Below, piece after piece: positions 24,101 to 34,394 of a DNA stretch of 64,000 nt (positions within the stretch are counted from its first letter, which is position 1; every line of letters starts with the position of its first letter). This stretch comes from an uncultured bacterium (GTDB taxonomy: Bacteria; Patescibacteriota; Minisyncoccia; Phycocordibacterales; GWA1-40-21), in the NCBI GenBank assembly GCA_963716205.1, contig OY970290.1:108906-172905 (forward strand), given 5' to 3'. The position numbers and the translations under genes are program-made. The notes beneath the pieces are model-generated. The model had not been told where the DNA came from. It was given only the letters and a program-made list of their open reading frames with translations, and made no database searches.

Positions 24101-26731
24101 ACATGGGCGCCTAGTTTGCTTGTTGATGCAAGTGGAAATTTGCACGTTTATGTTTCAGTTGCTCCTGATGGCAGCGATTCTACGTTCAGTATTTATGAAA
24201 TGCACCCGACAAATCCAAGTGCGACAACATGGTCTGTTCCAGCTCTCATGCTTGGAACAAATAAAATTGATGCGGATACAGTTTATAACAACGGAACATA
24301 TTATCTTTGGTATAAGAATGAAACGACAAAATATATCGAATATGCAACTTCTTCCTCGCCAACCGGCCCATTCACGGTGGCAGAGACAGGTAATTGGGCC
24401 GGGTGGGGAACAGGTTTTGAAGCTCCATGTCCGGTCCAGATCAGCGCCAATGATTGGAGAATTTATCTTGATGAATATCAGAACACGTCATTTATTCATT
24501 ACAGTGATTCATACGATAATTTTGCAACATGGACTGCTCCATTGCCGATATCCACGCCAATTCCTGATTTGGACAGTGTAAGCGTCATACGATTACGTGG
24601 TATTACCCCAAGCGCCGCGCTTTCTGTCATTGGTACAACCACGACATCAGGTCTCAATATTTCAAATCTTGCGAACGGTTTTCTTGCCGTTGATGCAAAT
24701 GGAAATGTTGTTGCGACGACATCAAGCGGTTCTCAATGGACAACAAATGGCTCCAATATTTATTATACGACTGGTAATGTCAGCATTGGCACCTCAACTC
24801 CCGGTTCCGCTCTTAGTGTGGATGGCGCTATTGATGCAACATCAATATTCAGTTCCAGCATAGGACTTTTGGGAAGTTCAATGCAACCGCTCACCGCAGA
24901 TATTATTGTCGTTGGCGGTGGTGGAGCAGGCAGTTCGGGCGGTGGCGGTGGCGGTGGTTTTATTGCCACCTCAACGGAGATTTCAGATGATCCGTATGTG
25001 GTAACGGTTGGAAACGGCGGAAGTGTTACCCATGGAAATGGTTATGATTCTATTTTTGGATCATTTGATGCGGTGGGAGGAGGAGCGGGAGCGGGTATTA
25101 ACTCGGGGAGTGGAGCTAATGGCGGTTCGGGTGGTGGCGGTGGTTCTACTTGCGGCGGTGGCCCAGTATCCGCTGGTGGTTTGGGAACAACAGGTCAGGG
25201 AAATAATGGTGGAAGTGCAGCTGCCGGAAATTGCATTGTGCCTTATACATCAGGCGGCGGCGGCGGAGCTGGAGCGGCGGGTCAAAATTCAACAGCAACC
25301 ACGAACGGAAACGGTGGAATCGGAACTACAAGTTCGATTACGGGAACCGTTACTTATTATTCAGGCGGCGGCGGCAGCGGAGATTATTACGGAACAGAAC
25401 CGTTCGGAACAGGCGGTCTTGGCGGCGGCGGCAATGGCGGAAATCCGGCAACGGCAGGAACGGCAAACACCGGCGGCGGCGGCGGCGGAACTATCAACGG
25501 CGGCACATCAGGCAATGGAGGTTCCGGTGTCGTTATAATAAAATACTTAACTTCCGCAGATGGCGATGGAACCGGAGGTATAATCACTCATGTCGGCGGT
25601 TACACCATTCATACATTTACATCAAGCGGAATATTCACACCTCCGCCCCCAAGTCCGGTAATATACAATATTACCTTAGACAACAATTTGTTCAGTTTTG
25701 AAAACGGAATCTCAGCACCGAATCTTGCTGTCGGCACAACATCGTCACCGATCACCCAATTCGATGTTTATGGTTCAAGTACAAATGATCTTGCCAACTT
25801 TGCTTCCTCTTCGGGACAATCCATTCTTTATATTACTTCGACCGGTAAAGTCGGCATCGGCACCACCACACCATCAGCTACTCTAACTATCGTCGGCAAT
25901 CCCGCAAGTACAACATTAAGACTTGCCAATTTCGGCGCAGGAACTCTCATGACCGACAGTCTTGGAAATGTCTATGATAATTCTGATGAACGATTAAAGA
26001 ATATTATCGGTACCTCAACCATCGGTCTTAACGAACTCGAAGGATTAACTCCCATCAACTACTATTGGAATGCCACCTCCGGTCTTGATATGACAGATGA
26101 AAACACCGGCTTTTCCGCACAGAATGTAGAGCAATATATTCCAAACGCAGTCGCCACCGATACACGAGGCTACTTAACTCTTCAAGATCGTCCGATCATT
26201 GCGGCACTTGTCAATGCGGTGAAAGAAATCGGATCGTTCATCAGTACTATCACGGACGGTATTGCACATCTCACCGGTATTGCTATCGGCACTTCCGACA
26301 AACCGGAAGGGATTACGATGTATAGTCCGAGTGGAAATGCATTTTGTATACAAGTTTCAGATACCGGACTGATTCAAAGTTCATCGGGAGAATGCAGCAA
26401 TGCAACCTCGACAATTTCTACCGCTTCAGTTGTTTCTTCAATCAGTCAAGCTTCTGATTCTTCAAATACATTAGCTACATCCACAGCTTCAACATCGGAT
26501 AATGTATTGCAGTCATCATCAACATCGGATGATGCAAGTTCTTCCGTTGCAACAACTTCCGATCAAGATACACCGGCAACTTCAACAAATACTACACTAA
26601 CTTCACCTATTGCAACAAGCACATCGGATCAAGCGACAACAACTTCCGATACTGATATAATCGCAACAACGTCTGAAAGCGCGACTTCGCCATCTGATAC
26701 CACGGATGCCGCGACAAGCACAGGTCAGTAA
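21179..26731 (+). CDS. giant secreted fibre-like protein 2 (1850 aa)
   Basis: Same N-terminal motif ([22 protein letters not shown]). SGNH hydrolase blocks: [14 protein letters not shown] and NDLGH (nt about 22250-23250). A GH43-like five-bladed propeller: [23 protein letters not shown] (nt about 23820-24570). A poly-Gly region (about 24900-25560). An S74-like C-terminal chaperone module nearly identical to that of protein 1, followed by a Ser/Thr-rich tail. Confidence 0.85.
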   Translation: MNSKQKFLQTKRLRYALYIVFSLLFVFSLQRAFADIYAPGATLNPDCTMGSANCGIDFSLSSSSEPLFLAASSSLLSTTSASALYVPYTGANQNIDIGTNNLLGDNVLTLQSPNGFAFSGNATDSLAFDLNNSEVFSTFNNSSTNANGTIQVNPGDFEANFNDGSGNNGNLEVSNTGANIDFSDGSNGNGGFSLNSDGMDYGFGSSGGGGGFEVSPAYFSFDSGDSNSDDVAINVDSSESYSSFNNGNGASGNLFVNPGDFEANFNDGSGNSGSLNAANSEFDYHAQTSNGIVSGFGDNQSNFFIEDASGTNNFFIDPNTSKGNTILSSAGNIDFTSNVSIGSMINTSSNDSVSTSSILGILTPSGAYTAFGDSITNGSGGSQQSNAYVNLISTDLGVTNLVNYGYPGDFACNVATEQVFPNENPNNTSNPIYTLMVGTNEAINKGAGSYESVYEACDQASLAWLAVPSENKVFGTSSSVVLAGSWTNSNTYTTGRGTYPTVGIQSSTNGSVATFPITTTGGPIYIWYRIIDGNGGTFTYQLDGGSAVSENAFTNPEVDDNNNGNQGIALARITGVSAGSHTIAITVTSATNSGNLVPIIAVGTAPSSISSGSPKVFPSGLIYYQDDELSASTAAYNADALADADLLADDGLPIYPVNVRNYFTIAYDVSGIFGGPHPNDLGHSLIRDAFEAEMLQVAEDLSTSSENSLSLPSVAFQVSTTSSADGVADFISSSGQSALYIGADGNISIGTTTPTTALSVIGTTTTSGLNISNLSNTFLAVDANGNVVATTSPSGGSSQWATTSVGVGYDVPGIYYNIGNVGIGTTNPNDELVVTGTSTTDTVAYFGGNADIAGNAVIGNTNTLAQGLFLLVGHRYAPNLQQINIESSDDGINFSDFEQNPIWSNPDNDSPAIAAARDPSIVYYHNIYYMVYSAIPYNGGFDSNTVFGLATSSDLKNWNFVGDISVTSIGTVYWTWAPSLLVDASGNLHVYVSVAPDGSDSTFSIYEMHPTNPSATTWSVPALMLGTNKIDADTVYNNGTYYLWYKNETTKYIEYATSSSPTGPFTVAETGNWAGWGTGFEAPCPVQISANDWRIYLDEYQNTSFIHYSDSYDNFATWTAPLPISTPIPDLDSVSVIRLRGITPSAALSVIGTTTTSGLNISNLANGFLAVDANGNVVATTSSGSQWTTNGSNIYYTTGNVSIGTSTPGSALSVDGAIDATSIFSSSIGLLGSSMQPLTADIIVVGGGGAGSSGGGGGGGFIATSTEISDDPYVVTVGNGGSVTHGNGYDSIFGSFDAVGGGAGAGINSGSGANGGSGGGGGSTCGGGPVSAGGLGTTGQGNNGGSAAAGNCIVPYTSGGGGGAGAAGQNSTATTNGNGGIGTTSSITGTVTYYSGGGGSGDYYGTEPFGTGGLGGGGNGGNPATAGTANTGGGGGGTINGGTSGNGGSGVVIIKYLTSADGDGTGGIITHVGGYTIHTFTSSGIFTPPPPSPVIYNITLDNNLFSFENGISAPNLAVGTTSSPITQFDVYGSSTNDLANFASSSGQSILYITSTGKVGIGTTTPSATLTIVGNPASTTLRLANFGAGTLMTDSLGNVYDNSDERLKNIIGTSTIGLNELEGLTPINYYWNATSGLDMTDENTGFSAQNVEQYIPNAVATDTRGYLTLQDRPIIAALVNAVKEIGSFISTITDGIAHLTGIAIGTSDKPEGITMYSPSGNAFCIQVSDTGLIQSSSGECSNATSTISTASVVSSISQASDSSNTLATSTASTSDNVLQSSSTSDDASSSVATTSDQDTPATSTNTTLTSPIATSTSDQATTTSDTDIIATTSESATSPSDTTDAATSTGQ
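25851..26323 (+). repeat. 473-nt block encoding the intramolecular-chaperone module, copy B
   Basis: See copy A. The offset between the copies is exactly 5600 nt. Confidence 0.85.
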
Positions 26732-26739
26732 TTATTTTT

Positions 26740-28530
26740 TTGAATATGCGCATTACATTTTATAAATATTATTTTCTTTTTTTACTCTTCTTTTTTTTCA
26801 TTCCCGCAATTTCTTTTGCCAATACCGGTACAATCGGAAGCACAACAAATGCTGCATGGAGCAATGAAATCGGCTGGATAAATTTTGCGCCAACAAACGG
26901 GGGAGTAGTTGTGAACGATTCATCTTTGACTGGTTCGGCATGGTCTCAAGATTACGGCTGGATTAATTTTGCCCCGACGAACGGCGGCGTGACAAATGAC
27001 GGACAAGGGAATCTCGGAGGAACCGCATGGGGGGATAATGTTGGATGGATTAGTTTTTCTGGAGTGACAATCAATACGACAACAGGAAAATTTTCAGGAC
27101 AGGCTACGGGCACAATTATTGGAACACTGACATTTGATTGTACCAATTGCGATGTTGCAACTGATTGGAGACCGACAACGGTTACTCCACCACCGTCATC
27201 TGGTGGAGGCGGAGGTGGAGGCGGAGCGCCGGGAGCTGGCGGAACAGGTGGCGGCAGTTCTCCATCTCCGACACCTACCCCTTCTCCAACCCCAACACCT
27301 TCTCCAACTCCATCTCCGACACCTACCCCTGAACCTACACCAACCCCAACTCCTGTTCCATCTCCAACACCCTCGCCAACCCCATCCCCCACACCAACAC
27401 CAACGCCAACCCCAACTTCCGGACCAAGTATAACTTCTGTTATTAGCGGATCAATTTCATCCGTCGGTTCATTTATTACTTCAGCCGCAAATGGATTCAT
27501 TACCAATTTAAATACTATTTATAACAACGCTCCGGCCTCGATAAAAAATACCGTTACTGTTACGAAACAATTTGTCCAGACAAAAACCGGTTCAGCTATA
27601 ACAAAAACAATTTCAACAATCGGTGTTGTGACGGGCATTTCACTTCCCGTTGCTGTTGCAGCAACTTCATTTTCAGATTTATGGCTTATTTTTGTAAGAA
27701 TGTTCGGATTATTCTTTGAAATATTTGGTATTCGCAAAAAATCCCGTCCATGGGGCACGGTATATGATTCCATCACCAAGCGTCCGCTTGACCCCGTTCT
27801 TGTCACTCTCATCAATGTTGAAACAGATAAGCAGATCACTTCAGCCATTACGGATATCGATGGGCGATACGGATTTCTCGTTTCTCCCGGCACATATCGG
27901 ATTGAAGCCAGGAAAACCGATTACACATCTCCATCGCTCAAGATGAAAGGCAGATCATTTGATGAAGTCTATAATGATCTGTATTTTGGAGAAAATATAA
28001 CTGTTGTAAATGAGGAAGAAACAATTACCAAAAATATTCCTATGGATTCAATATCGTTCAACTGGAATGAATTTGCCAAGACAAAAATGGATGTGAATAA
28101 ATTTATTAAAGGCAGAGACATTACCTGGGCCCGCATTTCCAAATTCCTTTTTGTCATCGGAGCTCTCGTTGCACTCATTGCCGTTCTCATTGTTCCAGAA
28201 CCGTATAATTTTATTATCGCCGGATTCTACATTCTCGCATATATATTGAACTATGTGGTATTTACGACGAAGAAAGCCGGCACTCTGATAGAAAAATCCA
28301 CCAATTTGCCCCTCTCATTTGCCATTATCAATATTTTTCGAGAAGGTGAAACGGCTCCGTTCACTAAGAAAATCGCTGACAAGTTTGGCGATTATTACGC
28401 GCTGGTTCCCAAAGGCAGATATTATTTGAAAGTTGAAAAGAAAAATGACGATGAGACCTATACAGCTCTTTTCCAGACATCACTTTTTGATGTGAAAAAT
28501 GGAGTGATCAATGTCAATATTACGGGATAA
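26740..28530 (+). CDS. polytopic surface protein: signal peptide, three Trp-rich repeats, a Pro/Thr/Ser linker, transmembrane segments and a carboxypeptidase-regulatory-like beta-sandwich
   Basis: Repeats [36 protein letters not shown] and [30 protein letters not shown] linker. Several hydrophobic helices. The segment [57 protein letters not shown] resembles CarboxypepD_reg. Confidence 0.6.
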   Translation: MNMRITFYKYYFLFLLFFFFIPAISFANTGTIGSTTNAAWSNEIGWINFAPTNGGVVVNDSSLTGSAWSQDYGWINFAPTNGGVTNDGQGNLGGTAWGDNVGWISFSGVTINTTTGKFSGQATGTIIGTLTFDCTNCDVATDWRPTTVTPPPSSGGGGGGGGAPGAGGTGGGSSPSPTPTPSPTPTPSPTPSPTPTPEPTPTPTPVPSPTPSPTPSPTPTPTPTPTSGPSITSVISGSISSVGSFITSAANGFITNLNTIYNNAPASIKNTVTVTKQFVQTKTGSAITKTISTIGVVTGISLPVAVAATSFSDLWLIFVRMFGLFFEIFGIRKKSRPWGTVYDSITKRPLDPVLVTLINVETDKQITSAITDIDGRYGFLVSPGTYRIEARKTDYTSPSLKMKGRSFDEVYNDLYFGENITVVNEEETITKNIPMDSISFNWNEFAKTKMDVNKFIKGRDITWARISKFLFVIGALVALIAVLIVPEPYNFIIAGFYILAYILNYVVFTTKKAGTLIEKSTNLPLSFAIINIFREGETAPFTKKIADKFGDYYALVPKGRYYLKVEKKNDDETYTALFQTSLFDVKNGVINVNITG

Positions 28531-28543
28531 TACAAAGACTATT

Positions 28544-29026
28544 TTACGGGGTCACATCGTAGCAGAGATCTGGATTTGAAGGTCCAATCGAACCGGAAAC
28601 ACAATTATCCGCTTGCCCGTTGAATCCGACATTAATATGTTTTGCGCTGGTAAGAACTGCATTTGCCGTACTTGAGAGCGCTATGCCCAAATGATACGAA
28701 GCGCAATCTGAAGAACAAACAATAGTATTTGTTATGTCGGTGCTCTGATATTTTATATTGGGATTTATCGACGGGATGTATTTTGGCACAAGGGCGGTGA
28801 TTAAATCAGTATAAGAACTTCCCGTCGGATAATATCCGTTGTCGGTAAAATACAACTGTAATGCTTTTTGGACCTGCTGCAAATCTTCTATTTTTGCGGA
28901 GTCATTTCCTTTATTTGTTGCGGAGCTTAACATAAAAAGCGCGACCGCGGAAAGGACGGCGATGATACCAATCACAATGAGCAATTCTATCAAAGTGAAT
29001 CCGTTTTTTTGTTTTTGATGGAACAT
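28544..29026 (-). CDS. type IV pilin / pseudopilin (class III signal peptide)
   Basis: The ATG at 29026 gives MFHQKQKNGFTLIELLIVIGIIAVLSAVALFML, the prepilin peptidase motif G|FTLIE followed by a hydrophobic helix. The track ORF extends upstream to 29092. Confidence 0.75.
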   Translation of the reverse strand: MFHQKQKNGFTLIELLIVIGIIAVLSAVALFMLSSATNKGNDSAKIEDLQQVQKALQLYFTDNGYYPTGSSYTDLITALVPKYIPSINPNIKYQSTDITNTIVCSSDCASYHLGIALSSTANAVLTSAKHINVGFNGQADNCVSGSIGPSNPDLCYDVTP

Positions 29027-29060
29027 GAATATTTTGTTACATTGATATGCCCGTATTCTA

Positions 29061-30209
29061 TCACATTGAATACATCGCGATAGTCTTTTCAATCATAGTT
29101 TTCAGACTGAATTCGAAGTCGATTTTTTTCTTCAGTTTTTTGCCGAAAATTTCTATTTTTTTGCGGTTTTCCAAAACGTATTCTATCGCCCGCTGTATTT
29201 CTTCTGAACTTTTCGATCGTATGAGGATTCCTGTTTCGTTATTTTCTACAATTTCCGGTATGCCGCCGACATTACTGGCAATGATAGGCAGTTCGGCGGC
29301 GCCGGCTTCAAGAAGTGCATAGGGAAGCGCTTCAGTCACGGAAGTTAGGGTGAACATATCAAAAGCTTTCAGATACATTGAAGCAGATTCGATTCTTCCG
29401 AGTAAGAATATTTTTTGTTCGACTTTCAATCTGCGGATCAATTGTTCCAAATTTTTCTTTTCCTCGCCGTCTCCAATGACGGTGAAAACAACATTCGGTA
29501 TTTTTGCAATCGCCTTCATGGCGAAGTTCAAACCTTTTGTTTTATGAAGCTCGGATATCGTGCCGATCCAGACCGGATTTTTTGAAAATATTTCCGCGGC
29601 GCTTGGATTTTCGCTAAGTATTTTTTGCGACAAGAACTCCCGGGCCAAAGTTTTCTCTTCAAAATCAATGGGTCGCAAGCCATTCCGTATGACAATCATT
29701 TTTTTATTCCATGGTTTGCCGATTTGATCATATGTTATTTTTGATACGGCGACCGTCTGGTGGGCAAGGAGGATAGTAAGAATATGGAAAAATCTCGCAA
29801 ATATTTTTTGCCACCACGGTCTATCTTCATTAAAAGCCCAGCCGTGCCCAGTGAAAATTATTTTTTTAATACCAACGATCCTTCCGACAAACGCTCCCAT
29901 ACCGCCCATTTTGGAGCTGTTGAGATGGATGATATCCGGTTTTTCCTTTTGAAAAATATGGAAGAGCTCAAAAAATAATCCGAATTCTTTCAGTATGTTG
30001 ATATTCCGTTGTGAATTTTTCAGTGGAATTGTTTTAACTCCGGCTTCATCAAGCTTTTTTTTCAGCTCGCTGCTGCCGCCGAGAAGGACAGAGACCTCAA
30101 ACTGTTCTCTCGGAATATTCGTGGCAATGTCATAGACATATTTTTGCGCTCCACCCCAATTTGATTTGGTGATGCAGATGAAAACCTTCTTTTTCGACTG
30201 TTCGGTCAT
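29061..30209 (-). CDS. glycosyltransferase family 4 (GT-B)
   Basis: EALPYALLEAGAAELPIIASNVGGIPEIV is the E-x7-E GT4 motif. Typical length of 382 aa. Confidence 0.75.
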   Translation of the reverse strand: MTEQSKKKVFICITKSNWGGAQKYVYDIATNIPREQFEVSVLLGGSSELKKKLDEAGVKTIPLKNSQRNINILKEFGLFFELFHIFQKEKPDIIHLNSSKMGGMGAFVGRIVGIKKIIFTGHGWAFNEDRPWWQKIFARFFHILTILLAHQTVAVSKITYDQIGKPWNKKMIVIRNGLRPIDFEEKTLAREFLSQKILSENPSAAEIFSKNPVWIGTISELHKTKGLNFAMKAIAKIPNVVFTVIGDGEEKKNLEQLIRRLKVEQKIFLLGRIESASMYLKAFDMFTLTSVTEALPYALLEAGAAELPIIASNVGGIPEIVENNETGILIRSKSSEEIQRAIEYVLENRKKIEIFGKKLKKKIDFEFSLKTMIEKTIAMYSM

Positions 30210-30257
30210 GAGCTTCCATTATATAAAAAAAATGCTACAATTTCTAGCACATAATTT

Positions 30258-31610
30258 ATGCGTATTTTCAACAAAAAAGAGCCAATACTCCTTTTTCTGG
30301 GGGATATCATCATCTTTGCCGTTTCTTTAATGCTTGCTCTTTTGATACGCGGAGGGGATGATCTTTTTTGGAAGACATATCAGAATTATGTTCTGCCGTT
30401 TGCCATTATATTTCTCCTGTGGGCGCTGGTATTTTTCATTGCCGGATTGTATGACAAATATACAACGATTCTGAAAGACAAGATTTCCTCGACCATACTG
30501 AATGCCGAGCTCGTGAACAGTGCTCTTGCCATCGCATTCTTTTATTTGATTCCGTACTTCGGTATTACTCCGAAAACTTTGCTCTTTATTGATTTGGTCA
30601 TTACATTCATTCTTATCTATGGATGGAGGATTTACAGTCATCAGCTTTTCGGACTGAAAAGAAAAGAGCCGGCGATCATTGTCGGCTCGGGCGATGATAT
30701 GAAAGAGCTTGAAAAGGAAGTCAATGACAATCCACGATCCGAGTTGCAATTCGTTTCATCCATCGATCTCGACAAAATATCGGGAATTGATTTTGTCGAT
30801 GAGATTGCAGACAGGATATACGCCGAGCATATCGGCATCATTGTCATCGATCTGAAAGACGAGCGCGTGGAGCCGATCCTGCCGCATTTGTATAATCTGA
30901 TTTTTTCCGGTGTGCGGTTCATTGATATGTATAAAGTCTACGAGGATGTTTTTGATCGCGAGCCGCTTTCGCTTGTCCGCTACAATTGGTTTCTGGAAAA
31001 TCTTTCATTCTCGCCAAAATTTACCTATGATACACTCAAACGTTTTGCGGATATTATATTCGGACTTGTCGGAGGAATCGTTTCTCTCGTTTTTTATCCG
31101 TTTGTTATTGTCCTGCTTTTATGCGACGAAGGACATGGTATTTTCAGCATTCAGGAGAGAATCGGCAAGGACAATAAGATCATAAAAATGTACAAATTCC
31201 GCACGATGAAAATCGCTAATGACGCGGGCAAGTGGAATACCGGCGAGAAAAATTACGTGACGAAGATCGGTAAATTTTTGAGAAAGACTCGTCTTGATGA
31301 ATTGCCCCAGCTTTGGAATCTGCTCTTCGGTGATGTTTCCCTTATCGGTCCACGACCGGAATTTCCCGATGCAGTGAAAACGTATGAAGAGGAAATTCCG
31401 TATTATGGTATTCGACACCTCATCAAACCGGGTCTTTCCGGCTGGGCAATATTGCATATAGCCAAGGATGCTCATCACGGTATCGGCATCAGCGAAACAA
31501 AAGAAAAACTTTCTTATGATTTGTATTATGTAAAAAATCGTTCATTTATGCTTGATGTTGTGATTACTTTGAAGACAATCAAGAAATTATTGTCGATTGC
31601 AGGAGAATAA
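30258..31610 (+). CDS. polyprenyl-phosphate sugar-phosphate transferase (WbaP/bacterial sugar transferase family)
   Basis: N-terminal transmembrane helices. The C-terminal domain contains KFRTM...LDELPQLWNLLFGDVSLIGPRPE, the bacterial sugar transferase signature. Confidence 0.8.
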   Translation: MRIFNKKEPILLFLGDIIIFAVSLMLALLIRGGDDLFWKTYQNYVLPFAIIFLLWALVFFIAGLYDKYTTILKDKISSTILNAELVNSALAIAFFYLIPYFGITPKTLLFIDLVITFILIYGWRIYSHQLFGLKRKEPAIIVGSGDDMKELEKEVNDNPRSELQFVSSIDLDKISGIDFVDEIADRIYAEHIGIIVIDLKDERVEPILPHLYNLIFSGVRFIDMYKVYEDVFDREPLSLVRYNWFLENLSFSPKFTYDTLKRFADIIFGLVGGIVSLVFYPFVIVLLLCDEGHGIFSIQERIGKDNKIIKMYKFRTMKIANDAGKWNTGEKNYVTKIGKFLRKTRLDELPQLWNLLFGDVSLIGPRPEFPDAVKTYEEEIPYYGIRHLIKPGLSGWAILHIAKDAHHGIGISETKEKLSYDLYYVKNRSFMLDVVITLKTIKKLLSIAGE

Positions 31611-31656
31611 AAATCCTGTTGCAAAATATCGAAAAATAGTTATACTAAAACGCATT

Positions 31657-33045
31657 ATGATCAAGAGAAGATTCTGGGCAGTTGTCCTCATACTGGTTGC
31701 CGCACTTATCGGATATTTTGTCTATGCAACGCAAAAAAATCCTTCATCGAATTTTCCATTCCGGCTCGGTCTTGATCTCGACGGCGGAACAGAGCTTGTC
31801 TACAAGCCGGATCTTTCAAGCACTTCGACAGTTCCAACGGATTTGGCGAGTTCAATGAGTGTTCTTCGCGATGTTATTGAGCGAAGAGTCAATACGTTCG
31901 GCGTTTCCGAGCCGGTCGTTCGTGTTGAGCAAGTAGGCTTTACCGGTTCATCCGACAACGAACAGCTGATCGTCGATCTTCCCGGAGTGACCAATATCGA
32001 TCAAGCGGTTGCTATGATCGGCGCCACACCAACACTTGATTTCCGACTTCTCGCATCAAGCTCCACCAATTTTACCGAAGCTCAATTGCAGGCGGAAATC
32101 GCATCGACGAGCATGGACAGCGTTTTTATTCCGACCGGTTTGACCGGAGAATATCTAGAGAGTTCACAGCTTCAGTTTGATCCGACATCCGGCGAGCCGG
32201 AAGTTTCGCTTCAGTTCAATTCAAAAGGCGCGGATCTTTTTGCAAGCATTACCAAAAACAATGTCGGCAGAAAACTTGCGATTTTCCTCGACGGATACAT
32301 GGAATCTTTGCCGACCATTCAGGAAGAAATCGACGGCGGACAAGCGGTCATCTCCGGCGGCTTTACCGGAAGTACCGGCATCAAAGATGCGCAAAGCTTG
32401 GTGAACAATCTTAATCTTGGCGCTCTTCCGATTCCGATTCAGCTTATTTCAACGCAGACGGTCGGCGCATCGCTCGGACACGACGCAGTCCAAGCTTCGA
32501 CGAAAGCCGGCATCATCGCGTTTATTGTCATTGCAATTTTCCTCATTTTGATTTACCGGTTGCCGGGGTTGCTCGCGGTCATCGCACTTTGTATTTACAC
32601 GATCATCAACTTGGCGATTTTCAAATTGATTCCCGTGACGCTCACTTCCGCCGGCATTGCCGCATTCATTCTTTCCGTCGGTATGGCAGTCGATGCAAAC
32701 ATTCTTATTTTTGAAAGAATGAAAGAAGAATTCAGAAGGGGACGGGAAATCGGCGACGCGGTCTCCGAAGGTTTCCACAGAGCATGGACATCGATCCGTG
32801 ATTCGAATATTTCCTCGATGATTACAGCAGTCATTCTTTATATGTTTTCAAGCACGTCAGTTGTAAAAGGTTTTGCACTCGTCTTCTTCATTGGCGTTGC
32901 CGTTTCCATGTTCACTGCGATCACCGCATCAAGAACTCTGCTTCTTGCGATCAAACACGATCACGCGGGCAAATTTCTAAAATGGCTTTTTGGCGGTTCA
33001 ATGAAAAATCCGGTTAGCACAGAAATTAACACGAACAAAAAATAA
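31657..33045 (+). CDS. secD: protein-export membrane protein SecD
   Basis: SecD periplasmic-domain motif RLGLDLDGGTELVYK and C-terminal transmembrane bundle. The track ORF starts at 31597 and overlaps the previous gene. ATG 31657 follows a TATACT box by about 10 nt. Confidence 0.8.
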   Translation: MIKRRFWAVVLILVAALIGYFVYATQKNPSSNFPFRLGLDLDGGTELVYKPDLSSTSTVPTDLASSMSVLRDVIERRVNTFGVSEPVVRVEQVGFTGSSDNEQLIVDLPGVTNIDQAVAMIGATPTLDFRLLASSSTNFTEAQLQAEIASTSMDSVFIPTGLTGEYLESSQLQFDPTSGEPEVSLQFNSKGADLFASITKNNVGRKLAIFLDGYMESLPTIQEEIDGGQAVISGGFTGSTGIKDAQSLVNNLNLGALPIPIQLISTQTVGASLGHDAVQASTKAGIIAFIVIAIFLILIYRLPGLLAVIALCIYTIINLAIFKLIPVTLTSAGIAAFILSVGMAVDANILIFERMKEEFRRGREIGDAVSEGFHRAWTSIRDSNISSMITAVILYMFSSTSVVKGFALVFFIGVAVSMFTAITASRTLLLAIKHDHAGKFLKWLFGGSMKNPVSTEINTNKK

Positions 33046-33046
33046 C

Positions 33047-33982
33047 ATGTTTATCGTCAAACACAGAAGAATATTTTATACGTTCTCACTTCTGCTTGTC
33101 GCCGCATCAATAGCTGCGCTCTGCACGTGGGGAATGTCATTCGGCATTGATTTTACCGGCGGTTCATCCGTTCAATTCCAATATGCAAACGGCAGACCAA
33201 GTATTGCCGCTGTTGAATCAGAAATCAATTCGCTCACATTTACTCCGTCCATCAAAGGCGAATATTCACTCGTGCCAAGCGGTACAGATAGCTATACTTT
33301 GGATTTAAGAACGATTACCGATACCGAACGATCGCTTTTGACCGGTGTTCTTTCAAGCGACGCTTCAAATACTCCGACCATTAGTCAGTTCAGCTCGATC
33401 GGTCCCGTGCTCGGACAAGAAGCCGCGTCAAAATCAATCATGGCGATTATTCTCGTGATTCTTTGTATCGTTCTTTTCATTACTTTTGCATTCAGGAAAG
33501 TTTCAGAGCCGGTCTCAAGCTGGAAATACGGCATGGTCTCGATCATCGCGCTCTGTCACGACATCATTATTCCGACAGGCGTATTCATAGTCCTCGGACA
33601 TTTCTTGCCGGGCTATCAGATCGATACACTTTTTGTCACCGCTATCCTTGTCATCCTCGGTTTCTCGATCCATGATACCATCGTCGTGTTTGATAGAGTC
33701 CGCGAAAATCTCAAAAACAATCACAGCGTGAAAAATCCAAAACCATTTGATGAAGTTGTTGGTGCGTCCATCAGTCAGACATTTGTGAGATCCATCAACA
33801 CTTCGCTCACCACACTTCTTGCTATTCTTGTTGTGTATCTCGTCGGTCCTGTCGCGACGCAGCATTTCGCTCTCGCGCTTCTTGTCGGTATTTTCTTCGG
33901 AACATATTCTTCGATCTTCATCGGTTCAAACTTGCTCGTGACTCTTCAGAAAATGCAGGAGAAGAAAGGAGGGAAGAAATAA
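33047..33982 (+). CDS. secF: protein-export membrane protein SecF
   Basis: 311 aa in the SecF family, immediately after secD. Confidence 0.8.
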   Translation: MFIVKHRRIFYTFSLLLVAASIAALCTWGMSFGIDFTGGSSVQFQYANGRPSIAAVESEINSLTFTPSIKGEYSLVPSGTDSYTLDLRTITDTERSLLTGVLSSDASNTPTISQFSSIGPVLGQEAASKSIMAIILVILCIVLFITFAFRKVSEPVSSWKYGMVSIIALCHDIIIPTGVFIVLGHFLPGYQIDTLFVTAILVILGFSIHDTIVVFDRVRENLKNNHSVKNPKPFDEVVGASISQTFVRSINTSLTTLLAILVVYLVGPVATQHFALALLVGIFFGTYSSIFIGSNLLVTLQKMQEKKGGKK

Positions 33983-33995
33983 TTAAAAAAGCCAT

Positions 33996-34032
33996 GAAAA
34001 AATCACCTTTTGAGGTGATTTTTTCATGGCTT
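33996..34032 (+). terminator. rho-independent terminator after secF
   Basis: AAAAAATCACCTTTTGAGGTGATTTTTTCA: a stem TCACC/GGTGA followed by a T-run. Confidence 0.65.
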
Positions 34033-34075
34033 TAAATAAGCCTTTTTTATTAAACTAGACTAACTCAAGAATTGC

Positions 34076-34103
34076 TTGACTTCACTCTTGTTATGAGTAT
34101 AAT
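34076..34103 (+). promoter_or_regulatory. 16S rRNA promoter TTGACT-16-TATAAT
   Basis: Consensus -35 and -10 hexamers about 290 nt upstream of the 16S 5' end. Confidence 0.6.
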
Positions 34104-34394
34104 AGCAAAGCTGTCTTTTAATAAGGATACGCCATTTTTTTTCACTAAAAAACGGCGATATCCAACGTTGTTTTCTTAAATAACATTTAGGAGGCAGTGT
34201 TCATTTACAACCGAATAGTACAAGATTTAAAGATACATCATTTTTTACATGAGAATGATGTATGAGATAGTGCGAGTCTAGTCTCAAACTCTAAAATCGT
34301 TTCAAGTGAATTAAATAAATGAATTATAGAAATATTATTTTTTATTTTGTTCCGTTTCCGAAACAAATAATTCTTCAAAAGATTATTTTATTTT

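Noticed and set aside
19540-25701. Antisense or alternative-frame ORFs rich in Pro, Ala, Arg or Gln (20036..20350, 19540..19971, 24763..24969, 25008..25701, 26952..27506).
   Set aside because: They are read from the complement or from shifted frames of the GGN-rich (poly-Gly) and ACN/CCN-rich (Pro/Thr linker) coding tracts of the giant genes and the 26740 gene. They are by-products of low-complexity codon runs.
20251-26323. Considered whether the near-identical repeats in the giant genes are a diversity-generating retroelement template/variable repeat pair.
   Set aside because: No reverse transcriptase gene is in the window. The copies differ by scattered synonymous changes rather than adenine-specific substitutions. 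Both copies are in-frame coding parts of the same conserved module. Gene conversion between paralogues explains them better.
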